Positions 33,601-39,413 of a DNA stretch of 64,000 bases are shown here, one piece after another. Below the pieces are notes generated by a model. That model made no database searches. It saw only the letters and a list, made by a program, of their open reading frames with translations, and was not told where the DNA came from. How positions within the stretch are numbered: position 1 is the first letter of the stretch; the number at the start of each line of letters is the position of its first letter. The translations under genes and the position numbers were made by a program. This DNA comes from an uncultured Pseudomonadales bacterium (GTDB taxonomy: Bacteria; Patescibacteriota; Microgenomatia; UBA1400; PJMF01): assembly GCA_964653045.1 (NCBI GenBank), contig CAZZBW010000001.1:617-64616 (forward strand), in the 5' to 3' direction.

Positions 33601-36256
33601 TACCACCATTACCTACACCCAGAGTACCTGTCACTTCAGCACTAGCTAGATTAATAGCTCCACTAATTAGATCTTTACTGGTATTAGTCTTAACCGGTAG
33701 AGAAGCAGTCAATCCTGTAATCCGGACATCGCCAACTACCTCTAGCTTCTGAGCTGGGGAAGCGGTACCGATACCAACATTACCCGTAGTTGGTAAGATT
33801 ACCAGATCTTCTGCAGGAGTAATGGTGATATCGCCATCATCGTTGGCAATTGTTGAGGCTGCGCCAGCGATGTGTAACCTGGCGGCAGGATTGTAAGTGC
33901 CAATACCAACATTACCCATAAAGTGACCAGTACCAGTGTCTGCGTCAGCCCGAAATTTAGCCGTAGCGGTGGAGTCGCCACCGACATAGAGGTTGAGAGT
34001 GGTATTAAGTGCGTGTAATCCCTGATTAGCCAGTGTCCAGTATGTCTCACCTGTGGCCGTCATCTCGATCCAGGTGGGATCGGCTCCAGCGCCGTTGGTA
34101 GAGAGGACATAACCAGCAGTACTTGGGGCAAGGGTGGTCATGGTGCCAGTGTTGTTAAAGAAGGGAATGCTGCCTCTGACCACACTACTCCAGTTCTGAC
34201 CAGTCCCGCCGTTACTGACACCTAGTGCGCCAGTTACTTCTGAACTGGCGAGATTAATTGCAGCACTAATGAGATCTTTATTGGCGTTAGTCTTGACTGG
34301 CAGAGATGCAGTCAGGCCTGTGATCCGGACATCTCCTACTACCTCAAGCTTCTGAGCAGGTGCGGTGGTGCCGATACCGACATTTGTCCCATCGTTAAAA
34401 AGAAGTGAGTTGGCTGTCCAAGATGTGCCGTCGTGTCTGAGAGTCTGACCGCTGATCCCAGTGGGCAGAAGAGTGCTGCTCATATCTGTCCAAACTGGCG
34501 CCGTATTAGCTCCCTGACTCTGTAAGTAATACCCACTGGTACCAGATTGGCCGCCTGGCATCAGGGCGCCGGAGAATCGGAGATTACCTGAGACGTCGAG
34601 CTTTTCTACAGGATTCGAGGTACCGATTCCCAGATTACCAGCCGAATTAATTACGCCAAGAGTAGTATCTGTACTCGTTTTCCATTGGGCAATATCGGCG
34701 GTGGCGGATGGGCCGGCTTTGAGGATGAGGGCGGTGCCACCCGCGTAGGTAGCGGAGAGGGTGGCACCGGGAGCGCTCAGATAGCCTTCCACATCTAAAT
34801 CAGAATTGATTTCAACTTTGCCAATTCCATCAGGGTCAAGGACAATGTCACCGTTCGAGCCGGCCGGAGTTTGGAGAGTCAGGGTCGCAGCTTCAATGGT
34901 GAATGATGTGCCAGTAGATTTGAGTATACTGTTGGACTCAGCAATCAGGATTTGACCGGCGTTGTCCATTACAAGAACAGTATTTTTGGTAGCACCACCA
35001 GTGGGAGCTGGAGGGTAACCTTGGAGCGTTTCGGAGTTGAGGGCATACGCCACTGATTTAATCGCTTGTCGCGGCGTCAGCACCTCTGCGTCGACCTCAA
35101 CCTCCAGCCAGACGTTGGAGTTTTCGGTAAATACTTCATTACCGATCTCGGCGCCGCACTCGTCGCCCAAGCCTATGGAAAAAATACCGTCTTGATCTGG
35201 ATCGACGCTACACGTCCCGCCTGAGTCCCAGAGCAAACTTCCGCCTGTACCTGGGCCGGTGTCGTAGAGATAGAACCGGACTGGAGTGGGGTCAATAATT
35301 GGGGTTTTGGCAATATCGGTTAATCTTCCTTGAAACGAGAGCGATCGATAAGGTCGGGTGAGCTCGGTGGGATAAGCAAGAGAAGGTGTGGCCGAGTCAA
35401 GCCACTGTTGATAGCCAAAAAGGCCTAGAGCCGAGAACAATAAAGCAACTATGGCCAATGTGGTGTAATTGAGCGAAGGTGCGCGGCTGGCGGAATGAAG
35501 TCGAGAGAGGGCGGAATTGAGTTGATACTGCCAGTCCTGATTGGAGCGAGTACTGACAGAACTGGTAAAGTTGTGATCTAAGGTGAGTAAAGGCAGCTGC
35601 CAGAGTTGTTTTTTGTTGGCAGAAGGTGTTTGTTTGGGTGTTTTGGGTAACTTTTTGGTCTTAAGTCCAGAAGCCATTCGGGTTAAGTGGGGCTCCGCCT
35701 GCGCATTAAGAGCAACAATTTCTGAGAAGCCATGTTCGACAAAACCCTCTTTTTGTAGCCATAGTGCAAATTGGGTAATACTCGATAATTTCCTTTTGAC
35801 CGTGCTGATTGATTGACCTTGGAAAAGAGAATTCTCGAGGAAGCTCAATAATTTGGGTTTTGTCAGAATTTGGGTTAGAGAAGATTGCTGGATGAATGCG
35901 ATGAATTGGCCGATATCAGAGCGATAACCCTTAATCGTTTGCGGTGAGCAGTGGGCACGATGGAGTGCTAAAAGATATGTTTGGAGCGCGACTCCAGCCT
36001 GGGAAATGAAATAGAGTCTTGCAAACTGATGGAGCAAGGGTTGGGGCTGACGTTTCGGATGAAGAAAGCGAGAAAGTAAAGCACGGGCGTGTCCAAACAG
36101 ATTTTGAGCCGCTTGGTGATGATGAAGTTCGACCAGCTCATCGATGGCAGCACGAATATCTTGCTCTTTGGCCTCAATTGAGCGACCAAAAAGACCTACA
36201 AGGTCAATGAGGGCAATGAAAGTGCGCTTTTCGGTTGGCATGAGCAGCTTTGTCAA
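18674..36256 (-). CDS. Giant (5860 aa) surface fibril protein: N-terminal integrase-type core-binding domain, one TM helix, then a long tail-fibre-like repeat array
   Basis: Continuous ORF. Residues about 90-180 match the Phage_integrase_N / XerCD core-binding fold. TM LAIVALLFSALGLFGY. At least 30 copies of the GNVGIGTT.P..KL.V.G motif. At least 9 copies of YWTLANQGL...NLY.GG.STASAKF.AD. A tail-fibre-like LDNQHGSYY module. C-terminal coiled-coil region. Confidence 0.8.
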   Translation of the reverse strand: MTKLLMPTEKRTFIALIDLVGLFGRSIEAKEQDIRAAIDELVELHHHQAAQNLFGHARALLSRFLHPKRQPQPLLHQFARLYFISQAGVALQTYLLALHRAHCSPQTIKGYRSDIGQFIAFIQQSSLTQILTKPKLLSFLENSLFQGQSISTVKRKLSSITQFALWLQKEGFVEHGFSEIVALNAQAEPHLTRMASGLKTKKLPKTPKQTPSANKKQLWQLPLLTLDHNFTSSVSTRSNQDWQYQLNSALSRLHSASRAPSLNYTTLAIVALLFSALGLFGYQQWLDSATPSLAYPTELTRPYRSLSFQGRLTDIAKTPIIDPTPVRFYLYDTGPGTGGSLLWDSGGTCSVDPDQDGIFSIGLGDECGAEIGNEVFTENSNVWLEVEVDAEVLTPRQAIKSVAYALNSETLQGYPPAPTGGATKNTVLVMDNAGQILIAESNSILKSTGTSFTIEAATLTLQTPAGSNGDIVLDPDGIGKVEINSDLDVEGYLSAPGATLSATYAGGTALILKAGPSATADIAQWKTSTDTTLGVINSAGNLGIGTSNPVEKLDVSGNLRFSGALMPGGQSGTSGYYLQSQGANTAPVWTDMSSTLLPTGISGQTLRHDGTSWTANSLLFNDGTNVGIGTTAPAQKLEVVGDVRITGLTASLPVKTNANKDLISAAINLASSEVTGALGVSNGGTGQNWSSVVRGSIPFFNNTGTMTTLAPSTAGYVLSTNGAGADPTWIEMTATGETYWTLANQGLHALNTTLNLYVGGDSTATAKFRADADTGTGHFMGNVGIGTYNPAARLHIAGAASTIANDDGDITITPAEDLVILPTTGNVGIGTASPAQKLEVVGDVRITGLTASLPVKTNTSKDLISGAINLASAEVTGTLGVGNGGTNATTVGSAGSVAYSTGTAYGFSSVGTTGYLLTSAGTGTPTWTDPTTVGTNYWTLANQGLSPTNQSLNLYVGGNSTASAKFRADANTGAGHFMGNVGIGTTAPQYKLDVTGGQVRFQDGMLSPYDHAVVVDPDGEGDFTTISAAMTYVSTQSPAPDNRFLVEVLPGTYTENVLVPAYTTLKSRAGNVVINGDGTAGTGINYIVNLSGSGSSIEDIQISNTTNIKDIGSVAAITVGAGSGTSGNIIRDVSISVSSTTGSGSLYGIFSSNASLSIFDSNVSVRGDYKDAVGIYNNWQTISIERTTVSSVGYFTGTRYGLYVPGAYTVNAKNSYFGGSDYDISTGGVANLYYSYLTNNTTSGTVNQYPQASASRYGLIKFNGIWTSDDFTLQSNTATDNALILKGAASQTANIFQIQDSTSQSLFVVNPLGNVGIGSTAPTQKLDIAGNLQFSGALMPGGLAGTSGYYLQSQGANVAPVWTNLSSVLLPTGTSGQTLRHDGTSWIANSLLHNDGTNVGIGTTVPAQKLDIAGNLQFSGAIMPGAAAGTSGYLLTSAGTNTAPTWTDPTTVGTNYWTLANQGLSPTNQSLNLYIGGNSTASAKFRADANTGAGHFMGNVGIGTTIAGSNLDVAGSAPSILIRASLDSSNGVKITGAASGLSAIIANQRSDGPIYFNQTTTTRLAISSTGNVGIGTTAPAQKLEVAGDVRVTGLTASLPVKTNANKDLISEAINLGSTEVTGTLGVGYGGTGATTVGSAGTIAYSTGTAYGFSSVGTTGYLLTSAGSGTPTWTDPTTVGTNYWTLANQGLSPTNQSLNLYIGGNSTASAKFRADANTGAGHFMGNVGIGTTSPSVILNVTNGPSLATMAKFEGNSAILELTRGAIDRIAGIQYTGASASWFSGVFYGGAQYSYGIGTDYNAANQKFVINTTGNVGIGTTAPAQKLDIAGNLQFSNALMPGGLAGTSGYYLQSQGANTAPVWTNLSSVLLPTGTSGQTLRHDGTSWIANSLLYNNGTNVGIGTTNPISFVDILAGTGGSLRIRDSANRSLLFTTYDGTNPATISTANTVSGLLLKSQDGGNQIFLANSGNVGIGTITPAQKLEVAGDVRVTGLTASLPVKTNANKDLISAAINLASAEVTGTLGVGNGGTNATTVGSAGTIAYSTGTAYGFSSVGTTGYLLTSAGSGTPTWTDPSTITGTNYWTLANQGLSATNQSLNLYVGGDATATAKFMADGATGQGYFAGNVGIGTTTPSQKLDVSGAIRLGAAGANNVLNTSAAAGAASSSLYWGDKMVCDASGNCGPSSNWTVNAGTISPNNTSLDMLIGGTASSSAKFAFLNVNSGTPTASISGNLALAVPTGANPATKLNILNGGTFGIRTSTGGDAGLTERFTILNNGNVGIGSTSPLSFFDVNSLFNVTSAGNVGIGSTAPNAKLNIVSTNTTSLLNLTGDSITSGNGINVSLDGLTTGNGLYFESTSTALTTGNLAYLNWNPSGSTEVYATGDLFKLNVGQYGNIGKILGIYNNDSEVFSVAQNQITSAVPHQFTAAGDVSMAYDLIFTNQTSSNIQTYGPFSITVGEAWESNNLTLKTYGAGDIIANLSGTGNFLVPTGNVGVGSTAPAQKLDVVGNVQFSGAIMPGSSAGTSGYLLTSAGAGATPTWTDPSTITGTSYWTLANQGLHATNTTLNLYVGGNSTASAKFMADGATGAGYFAGNLGIGTTAPGAMLQLGTAGTSRGTLRLTGNTSGYTQIQPAEAAGDWTLTLPANDGDLNQMLTTDGSGNTSWTTISTGSTTWDAIQSPVGAQSLTMGANTSTWTWNSLTTGTGLTSSSTSLTSGTMFSLSTSSTALSSGGLLNLSATGAPASTWTGDLAKFEYNNADADVDGSALKVGLLGTDALGSGTALNITTSQTGTGALALRVNDDGTYADTTPFVVDMGGNVGVGTTSPGAYLDIYADTMVSGGKAVSVSQIGSIDSQTRYGIYSTATGGGINTSTNVAGYFSATGAVKNYGLIVDSGNVGIGSTAPAQKLDIVGNLQFSGAIMPGAAAGTSGYLLTSAGANTAPTWTDPTTVGTNYWTLANQGLHPTNTTLNLYVGGNSTASAKFRADANTGAGHFMGNVGIGTTVPTQKLEVVGNALVNNTLYMLDINHSIRAVSGQGVYIDTYGVIDPFFVQQVSGNVGIGTTAPAFKLNLAAATTAVGGIGFGSDTNLYRSAADTLKTDDNLVVGTLGAGSTDTVVTHSSGTLQTRSIDTRVWGTSLVDGSGTNGYNAYWSPDSNTLAAEQYVNVTRGGLGANMTAGGAGEIIYSTGTAAYGHLTAGTSGMALISGGAAAPTWGTLSTTYGGTGQNWSAVARGSVPFFNNTGAMSTLAPSTAGYVLSTNGAGADPTWIEMTATGGGSYWSLANQGLYPTNTTLNLYIGGNSTASAKFRADADTGTGHFTGNLGIGTTNPTARLHIAGAASTIANSTGNITITPAANLIMAPTAGNVGIGSTNPTQKLDIAGNLQFSGAIMPGAAAGTSGYLLTSAGANTAPTWTDPTTVGTNYWTLANQGLSPTNQSLNLYIGGNSTASAKFRADANTGTGHFMGNVGIGTTSPTYKLTVDSGYIGLSDGYGVSWGTSTIYGYQNSLIGFQTAGSEKMRLSATGGLSLGNGYIVTDPGAGSMIVSGNVGIGTTAPSAMLQLGTAGTSRGTLRLTGNTSGYTQIQPAEAAGDWTLTLPANDGDLNQMLTTDGSGNTSWTTISTGSTTWDAIQSPVGAQSLTMGANTSTWTWNSLTTGTGLTSSSTSLTSGTMFSLARSGAGLTTGGKLLNIDMGAATAGNGATIATTGIYTGTGLLTLTANSATTGTLSSISGTALTSGTALSITAGGTGLTGNALYVTSPSTSAFSNGGVRFNFTGAHTGNGFQLDDATATGNAMAINVNSLTTGKGLAISSSTLSSGSLLDLVTTSTAATGSTQKGLNISLSGTNVTSAQTTYGAYITNTHAGTTSTNVGLYASATGGTTANYAAIFANGNVGIGTTSPSAKLRVVGGYSDISDSGTPPSSGAFGTAMGHLSGSYGWIQTYGSTPLILNPLASNVGIGTTAPSYKLDVVGNGQFIYGSNGNALRLGGVSSGLDFNVYNSYAILTTEASNQALALQTNGGNVGIGTTSPGNKLAISGSSTGSIGAFIDNTNTAGYGVLRINSGNADAAVGAALHSIGSTYSGSGAYAPLTTALVGYDSGGLSLTANNAAGVISMFTAGSAAGNERLRISANGNVGIGTTTPSAKLHINGDLKLATGANVNYIATTVGATGDDTTLVTEQGIREAINAGGPIGGGWTDDGSVVRLTTVGDLVGIGTTSPGGKLDIADGQLALILGADSGASTRTNATQKWGRFGGYHYTNAEEPVAIATTQSENGYNILHFGGGTPAMNATTYMLFYTAANGTTTTGTERMRIDSAGNVGIGTTNPLQKLDVDGNIQIASANESTDPVLFLSDRDSLTTEGLKFTYDNSTGASYIDNLYNNDNGDIFIRTKTAVAPINALTIKGNGNVGIGTTNPNAKLRVQDALASGAYGFGAIFQTRLTGTATAGVGLISDYQTTSTTASTTTAGALQASQMSAITTGTQYTIGGQFSGWSSGVNGATTHSIGGRFQAGGNVTSGTINAYGVYIQNALSMNLTGTSTNYGLYVETPTGADTNVAAYFGGNVGIETTNPNNFKLQVSGDIGGQTNNTSKLGSSAIRFANIYSVLGNYSGQITSSLAVGTSPFAVTSTTLNTNLNADLLDNQHGSYYMPASTDNWVNITGDTMTGTLNFSGVASDITTATNEHLSLMPAGTGNVGIGITNPLGKLQITGDEVRIGSGGTINSATGDGDLYVQDALEVDGDTALRNTIVIGNVGIKTSSVLSGVNLQLGGNSPAGVFYLKTTSNSNGANLGEIAFGGLDSGFAEQEYASMNANIVSSTAGSEIGRLDFNTFAGGSDATRLSISGDNVGIGTTAPASKLNIVTSLDGSSYTANLTNTSTGTSASNFLQFGNNASSDLFLVGLRGSAYTGEGNDALIWNRAGSNIRFGTNNSLKMILTASGNLGIGTTTGAGQKLEIYGGNLKINANNAGILGGATNTSTAGFIYMAALDDDKMFRFWTDSATAQYNTAEGGGWSSASFDYAEKFPYVNETSVSKGDLVSVVANDGVIETLDRASRQYDENLVGIVSTQPGFIGGIPWDDSEGENKKSPNLEKAVALAGRVPVKVSTINGPLKTGDRVTSSNLPGIGMRSSQAGFSAGYVLQNFNPDPASCQYVASAEGILWPDFPKGGSPLEYTKDCYRLPDGTLIGKVIAFVNPGWFDPDTSLTSVSQLSLSHTADSSYDVYDPSGQKINRVSAFSQSMIGELTAGLVLSKEIFVEDKLVSPIVESNQIITDQLASRNITTNSLEFKGDTGKILASVDATGKASFTEAVINRVSIPTQALISNLVANSISATNVAADALSVGGKSLSIYVREIVDEALANTSGLIASIPEILQLSDLVVNRRAEINELEVNTLAINQIPIDQYLDERIAQRLSAVSPTPTPSVTDPVSFDPTQPTLLGELNAQEVTVSGGLSASSVTTTTVDTQNLVADSGSFELELKATDLEATAARFDVIESNLAKIDEVTALTASLANATVSGTLYVENIADLDQHIAEAFTQPSLSELFFNEKSEITQELDQINQLIASLDSTVQELSSFDKSLEELSLTEEEVVLNGSALFIEEYFRVNGTGYIAESLGIGQQLNIGNKVQLTENYLAFTANPEAEGELAIFQIQPSGKGVLSIMAGLMTLDETGLVNITGNLHVAGDITTEGSLLSNLLQPVDFGNPFQVQVAGASSESGELKNSRFEIVDATGAPVATISAQGRAEFAGGIGIGSEDLSDQSASASADTVINTDKTSGKAVLPAGQSLLVIETSAITDKSLVYITPLGSTQNQVLYVASQQPDQEIITEATEEKPEETVIIPGHFSVAVDQALDTDLQFNWWIVN
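25241..25590. repeat. About 350-bp intragenic repeat, copy A (near-identical to 28114-28463)
   Basis: Direct comparison of the two stretches shows 1 mismatch over about 350 bp. Both lie inside the 5860-aa ORF and encode the same about 116-aa segment (...GAMLQLGTAGTSRGTLRLTGNTSGYTQIQPAEAAGDWTLTLPANDGDLNQML...). Confidence 0.85.
28114..28463. repeat. About 350-bp intragenic repeat, copy B
   Basis: See copy A. The copies lie about 2.9 kb apart, in direct orientation and in frame. Confidence 0.85.
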
Positions 36257-36739
36257 AATACGTTTGTACCAGATTGATTACACCCAAAACAAATACTTAA
36301 CCAGTGTAGAGAAATCGAGAAGTAAGTCAAGATCGAGTAATCCAGGCTAAAATTAATAATAGTAATAAAGCTCACAAAATTAAACAAAAAGCAGAATATA
36401 ACTGCAATATTAACGTATTTTCACAATAAGCCACTGTGATCAGAACGGATCAATGGAAGTAACATGTTTGGATAAAATTCGATAAGTGGAGATAAAATGG
36501 ATAAGAACTAGACTTGCATCCACATCGTGAATATGTTCTACTTATGTGATCTAAGTGAACGTAAATAAAAAAGAATAAGTATAAGTACTGTGATTACTAG
36601 AGTAAAAAGGATTAATGATACACATATCAAACAGAAAAACTGCTAATTATGATTGTTTGGGTGAGCTAAGTGTGGAAAACCTCTTAACTGATCAATAAAT
36701 ATACTTTAATATTAACATGATAACTGCAAAGATAACTTT

Positions 36740-37486
36740 ATGAAAAAGTCATCACTCAAGGTTCTTATTAGTCTGGGGGCGTTAGGTTTACATTCTGCCC
36801 ATCTCGACGAGAATTACTTATCAGTAATAGTGCCCGAGCTGAGCATTAATGGGCAAAGATCGTTGATTTATCATCTAAAGCGATCTTTCTTGGTTGAACA
36901 GTTCCGACCTGCCAAAGGAATAAAGAGCTTGCGAATTACAACTGGGGGGATGAGAGTGTTGAAGGCTGAATTTCCGGCTCTCTTTCCTGAAAATGGAAAG
37001 AGAGCCGGATGGCACTGTATGGTGTTCGTTAAGCCGCCAAAGAATGACCCGGCTTTTCGATATCTGCGTTCCCAGGTGATAGCAGATGGAGGTATCAATC
37101 TAACTAGAGGGGTATATCTCAAGCAGTCGCCTTATTCGACCAAGCTGATGATGATGTGTGACAAGCTGTACGCCCAAGCAATCAGTATATTTTTGATAGA
37201 TTCTTGGATATTTGGGTTTGATTCGCTATATTTGGAGAAAATGCAGGGAGCAGATACCCATTTTTCACTACTGTCTGGTGTTAGCAGTGAAATAACTCAA
37301 TTGCTAAGTAAAATTAGCAAAGATAATATTGCGCAATATCAGCGAAAAAAGTTAATTGAGGGTCTGTTAGAAAGATACTATGCAATTACTCTCAATTATC
37401 CATACTTTACCAATAACGAATTCTCTCAATATATCTCGACATCGAACGTATATTTACAGGTGGGAGAGCTCTTAAAATTATTGTGA
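36740..37486 (+). CDS. Hypothetical protein, possibly a winged-helix (PaaX-like) regulator, divergent from the giant gene
   Basis: 248-aa ORF after a 480-bp AT-rich intergenic region. Weak resemblance to the PaaX N-terminal wHTH (SLIYHLKRSFLVE...LRITTGG). No strong motif recognised. Confidence 0.4.
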   Translation: MKKSSLKVLISLGALGLHSAHLDENYLSVIVPELSINGQRSLIYHLKRSFLVEQFRPAKGIKSLRITTGGMRVLKAEFPALFPENGKRAGWHCMVFVKPPKNDPAFRYLRSQVIADGGINLTRGVYLKQSPYSTKLMMMCDKLYAQAISIFLIDSWIFGFDSLYLEKMQGADTHFSLLSGVSSEITQLLSKISKDNIAQYQRKKLIEGLLERYYAITLNYPYFTNNEFSQYISTSNVYLQVGELLKLL

Positions 37487-37790
37487 CGTTGACCATAAAG
37501 TGGGTTGTCAATTACCGCACTATAATTTCATACCGAAGAGGGCAGAAAAATGATTTTTCTTAGCTATAATACGATTGGGTGCTTCGGGTTTGAAAATATT
37601 GATCCTTGGACTAGTATCATTGTCTAACATTGTAATATTAATAACATATATATCACTAATGCGGCAATAACTTACTAGAGTAGCGGTAATAAAGCGGCTA
37701 AACCGCGTTAATACATATTTTTATCTCTTCTGGCAAGGTGTTTGAGTGAAATCTTAAACTCTACATTAATTACCCAAATAAAGGCCATTG

Positions 37791-39413
37791 TTAGTTTATT
37801 TTATGAATATTCTTCCATGCGGCTATGCTGATTAGAATCAGCAGTAATAGTACATTCGTCCAGTGCGGCCATAATAGGGTGATTAGCGCACTGATGGGTA
37901 GATTAAGCATCCAAACTAACGGTCCGGTCCAACTGCCGCACTCTACTGATTTAGCTGCTTTGGTAGTTAGTCTTTTCCCGTTTTTTTCTATTAATGTGAG
38001 GGGAATGCCTACGACTGGTATAGTTTCTTTTTCTTTAATCTCAAACTTTTCACTTTGGTAAAAGTTTTGCCAGTGTCCATGTTTCGGTTTCTTTTCCAAG
38101 CATGGAAACAGCCCTGCTGGATGTTGGACTGATATCTGATATTTTCCTGGTTCTAGTTCAGTTAGCTGGTATCTTCCGTGTTGGTTGCTGAGCTTTCGAT
38201 CAACTTCTTGAGCAATCTCTTCATTATTAATTAGATATATGCTAATCCTGGCGGAGGCAAATCTGTGTCGCTCTGGTAACTCATACACCAGACCGAACCA
38301 CCGCGCGTGAATTGGCCACCAGCGCAGTATCCACAAGAACTCTTTCATCTGCCCAAAATTAGGCTTTCTGCCCAAGCGGCTGGTTAGATAAGCCAGTCCG
38401 ATCATAAGGGTGATAATTAACCAAATTAGTAGCATCAAGTACTCAGAGTAGCCCAGGTTGGGCAGGCGGCTTTTGGCATATGACCGCAGCGATGTTACAA
38501 CTGAAGCCATCTTGGTGGTTTGATCGGCAATTGTTTGAAATATAAGGGGAGGTGGTGAGCCGACAGTCTTGGGAGAGGCAATGATCATAAACTGCAGGTT
38601 CTGAATCATGCTGATATTGCCAGCTGCATCTTGGATGATGAAGCTGAGACTAATGGTAGCGTTTTCTGGAAGTTGAGGAAGCTGGGTTGTCCAGACTCCG
38701 TCAGGTCCAATCACGAAATCAATCACAATGGTCTGGCCATCAGGTAAGACGATGATCAGCTTCACTTGAGCGCCCGGTTCTCCAGTACCGTGGAGAACCG
38801 GGCTATTGGTATGAACGATCAATAACCCAGATTCGGTCAGATCTGACGGAGCAGTGAAATCAACTGGTAGCTGACCAATTTGATCAATACTGAATGCTGG
38901 GGCTAGGGTATCAATAATGAAGTACCAGATGGCCGAAAAACTGGAGTTACCACTGGTATCAACGGCTTCAACTTGCCAGAAGTGTTGTCCGTCTGCCAAG
39001 GGATGAAGGGAATTGAGAGTGAATACCCCGTTGACGATGCTGGACGGATCGATCAAGTCATACATGATCGATCCGTCCACCCACAACCGGTAATACGCCA
39101 CCTCGACGTTGTCAGTGCTGCCAATCCAGATAAAATCTGGAATGGCAATATTAATTTGGCTGTTATTATCTGGAGAGATGAGAATAGGAGCAGAAGGTTT
39201 GATAATATCTGGGACGCCGGCAGTCACTTGGGTGCCACGACTTATTTTAACTGTTTGGGCCAAACTAAGCTTGGGATTGATTACTGCCCAACTCAGTGAA
39301 ACCACCATCAAGCAGATGAGAACTTTGCTCGGGAGATTGAGTTTGAAACTACGCCTTTTTTTCAAGGTCTTGCAGCTTATTTTCCAACTCTTTGATGCGG
39401 GCAGATTGATCAT
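37791..39413 (-). CDS. Membrane protein with Ig/FN3-like ectodomains and a CarboxypepD_reg-like domain
   Basis: N-terminal signal/TM, central TM (LMLLIWLIITLMIGLAYL) and C-terminal TM. ARISIYLINNEE...HGRYQLTELEPGKYQISV matches the carboxypeptidase-regulatory / Cna-B-like beta-sandwich signature. True start is probably ATG at about 39308, since the long ORF overlaps the upstream gene by 64 nt. Confidence 0.5.
   Translation of the reverse strand: MINLPASKSWKISCKTLKKRRSFKLNLPSKVLICLMVVSLSWAVINPKLSLAQTVKISRGTQVTAGVPDIIKPSAPILISPDNNSQINIAIPDFIWIGSTDNVEVAYYRLWVDGSIMYDLIDPSSIVNGVFTLNSLHPLADGQHFWQVEAVDTSGNSSFSAIWYFIIDTLAPAFSIDQIGQLPVDFTAPSDLTESGLLIVHTNSPVLHGTGEPGAQVKLIIVLPDGQTIVIDFVIGPDGVWTTQLPQLPENATISLSFIIQDAAGNISMIQNLQFMIIASPKTVGSPPPLIFQTIADQTTKMASVVTSLRSYAKSRLPNLGYSEYLMLLIWLIITLMIGLAYLTSRLGRKPNFGQMKEFLWILRWWPIHARWFGLVYELPERHRFASARISIYLINNEEIAQEVDRKLSNQHGRYQLTELEPGKYQISVQHPAGLFPCLEKKPKHGHWQNFYQSEKFEIKEKETIPVVGIPLTLIEKNGKRLTTKAAKSVECGSWTGPLVWMLNLPISALITLLWPHWTNVLLLLILISIAAWKNIHKIN

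Noticed and set aside
21400-34650. Possible CRISPR array, suggested by the regular repeats
   Set aside because: Repeat units are hundreds of bp long and in frame within a protein-coding ORF. There are no short 25-40 bp repeats separated by unique spacers and no cas genes. This is a protein repeat array, not CRISPR.
18674-36256. Many plus-strand ORFs of 60-255 aa inside the giant genes (e.g. 29211-29978, 24933-25349, 27909-28211, 26163-26426)
   Set aside because: They lie entirely antisense to a continuous 17.6-kb ORF with strong domain content. Their P/A/V-rich translations and duplicated endings simply mirror the coding repeats on the other strand. They are shadow ORFs.
35700-36256. The N-terminal integrase-like region as a decayed integrase pseudogene fused by assembly to the giant ORF
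   Set aside because: There is no trace of a catalytic domain, no frame disruption and no stop codon. The core-binding segment runs in frame straight into the linker and TM helix. A genuine domain fusion is more parsimonious, though not proven.
39349-39413. 64-nt overlap between the 540-aa and 350-aa minus-strand ORFs
   Set aside because: This is most likely an artefact of taking the longest ORF. An internal ATG at about 39308 precedes the hydrophobic signal segment and removes the overlap. It is not evidence of a frameshift or fusion.
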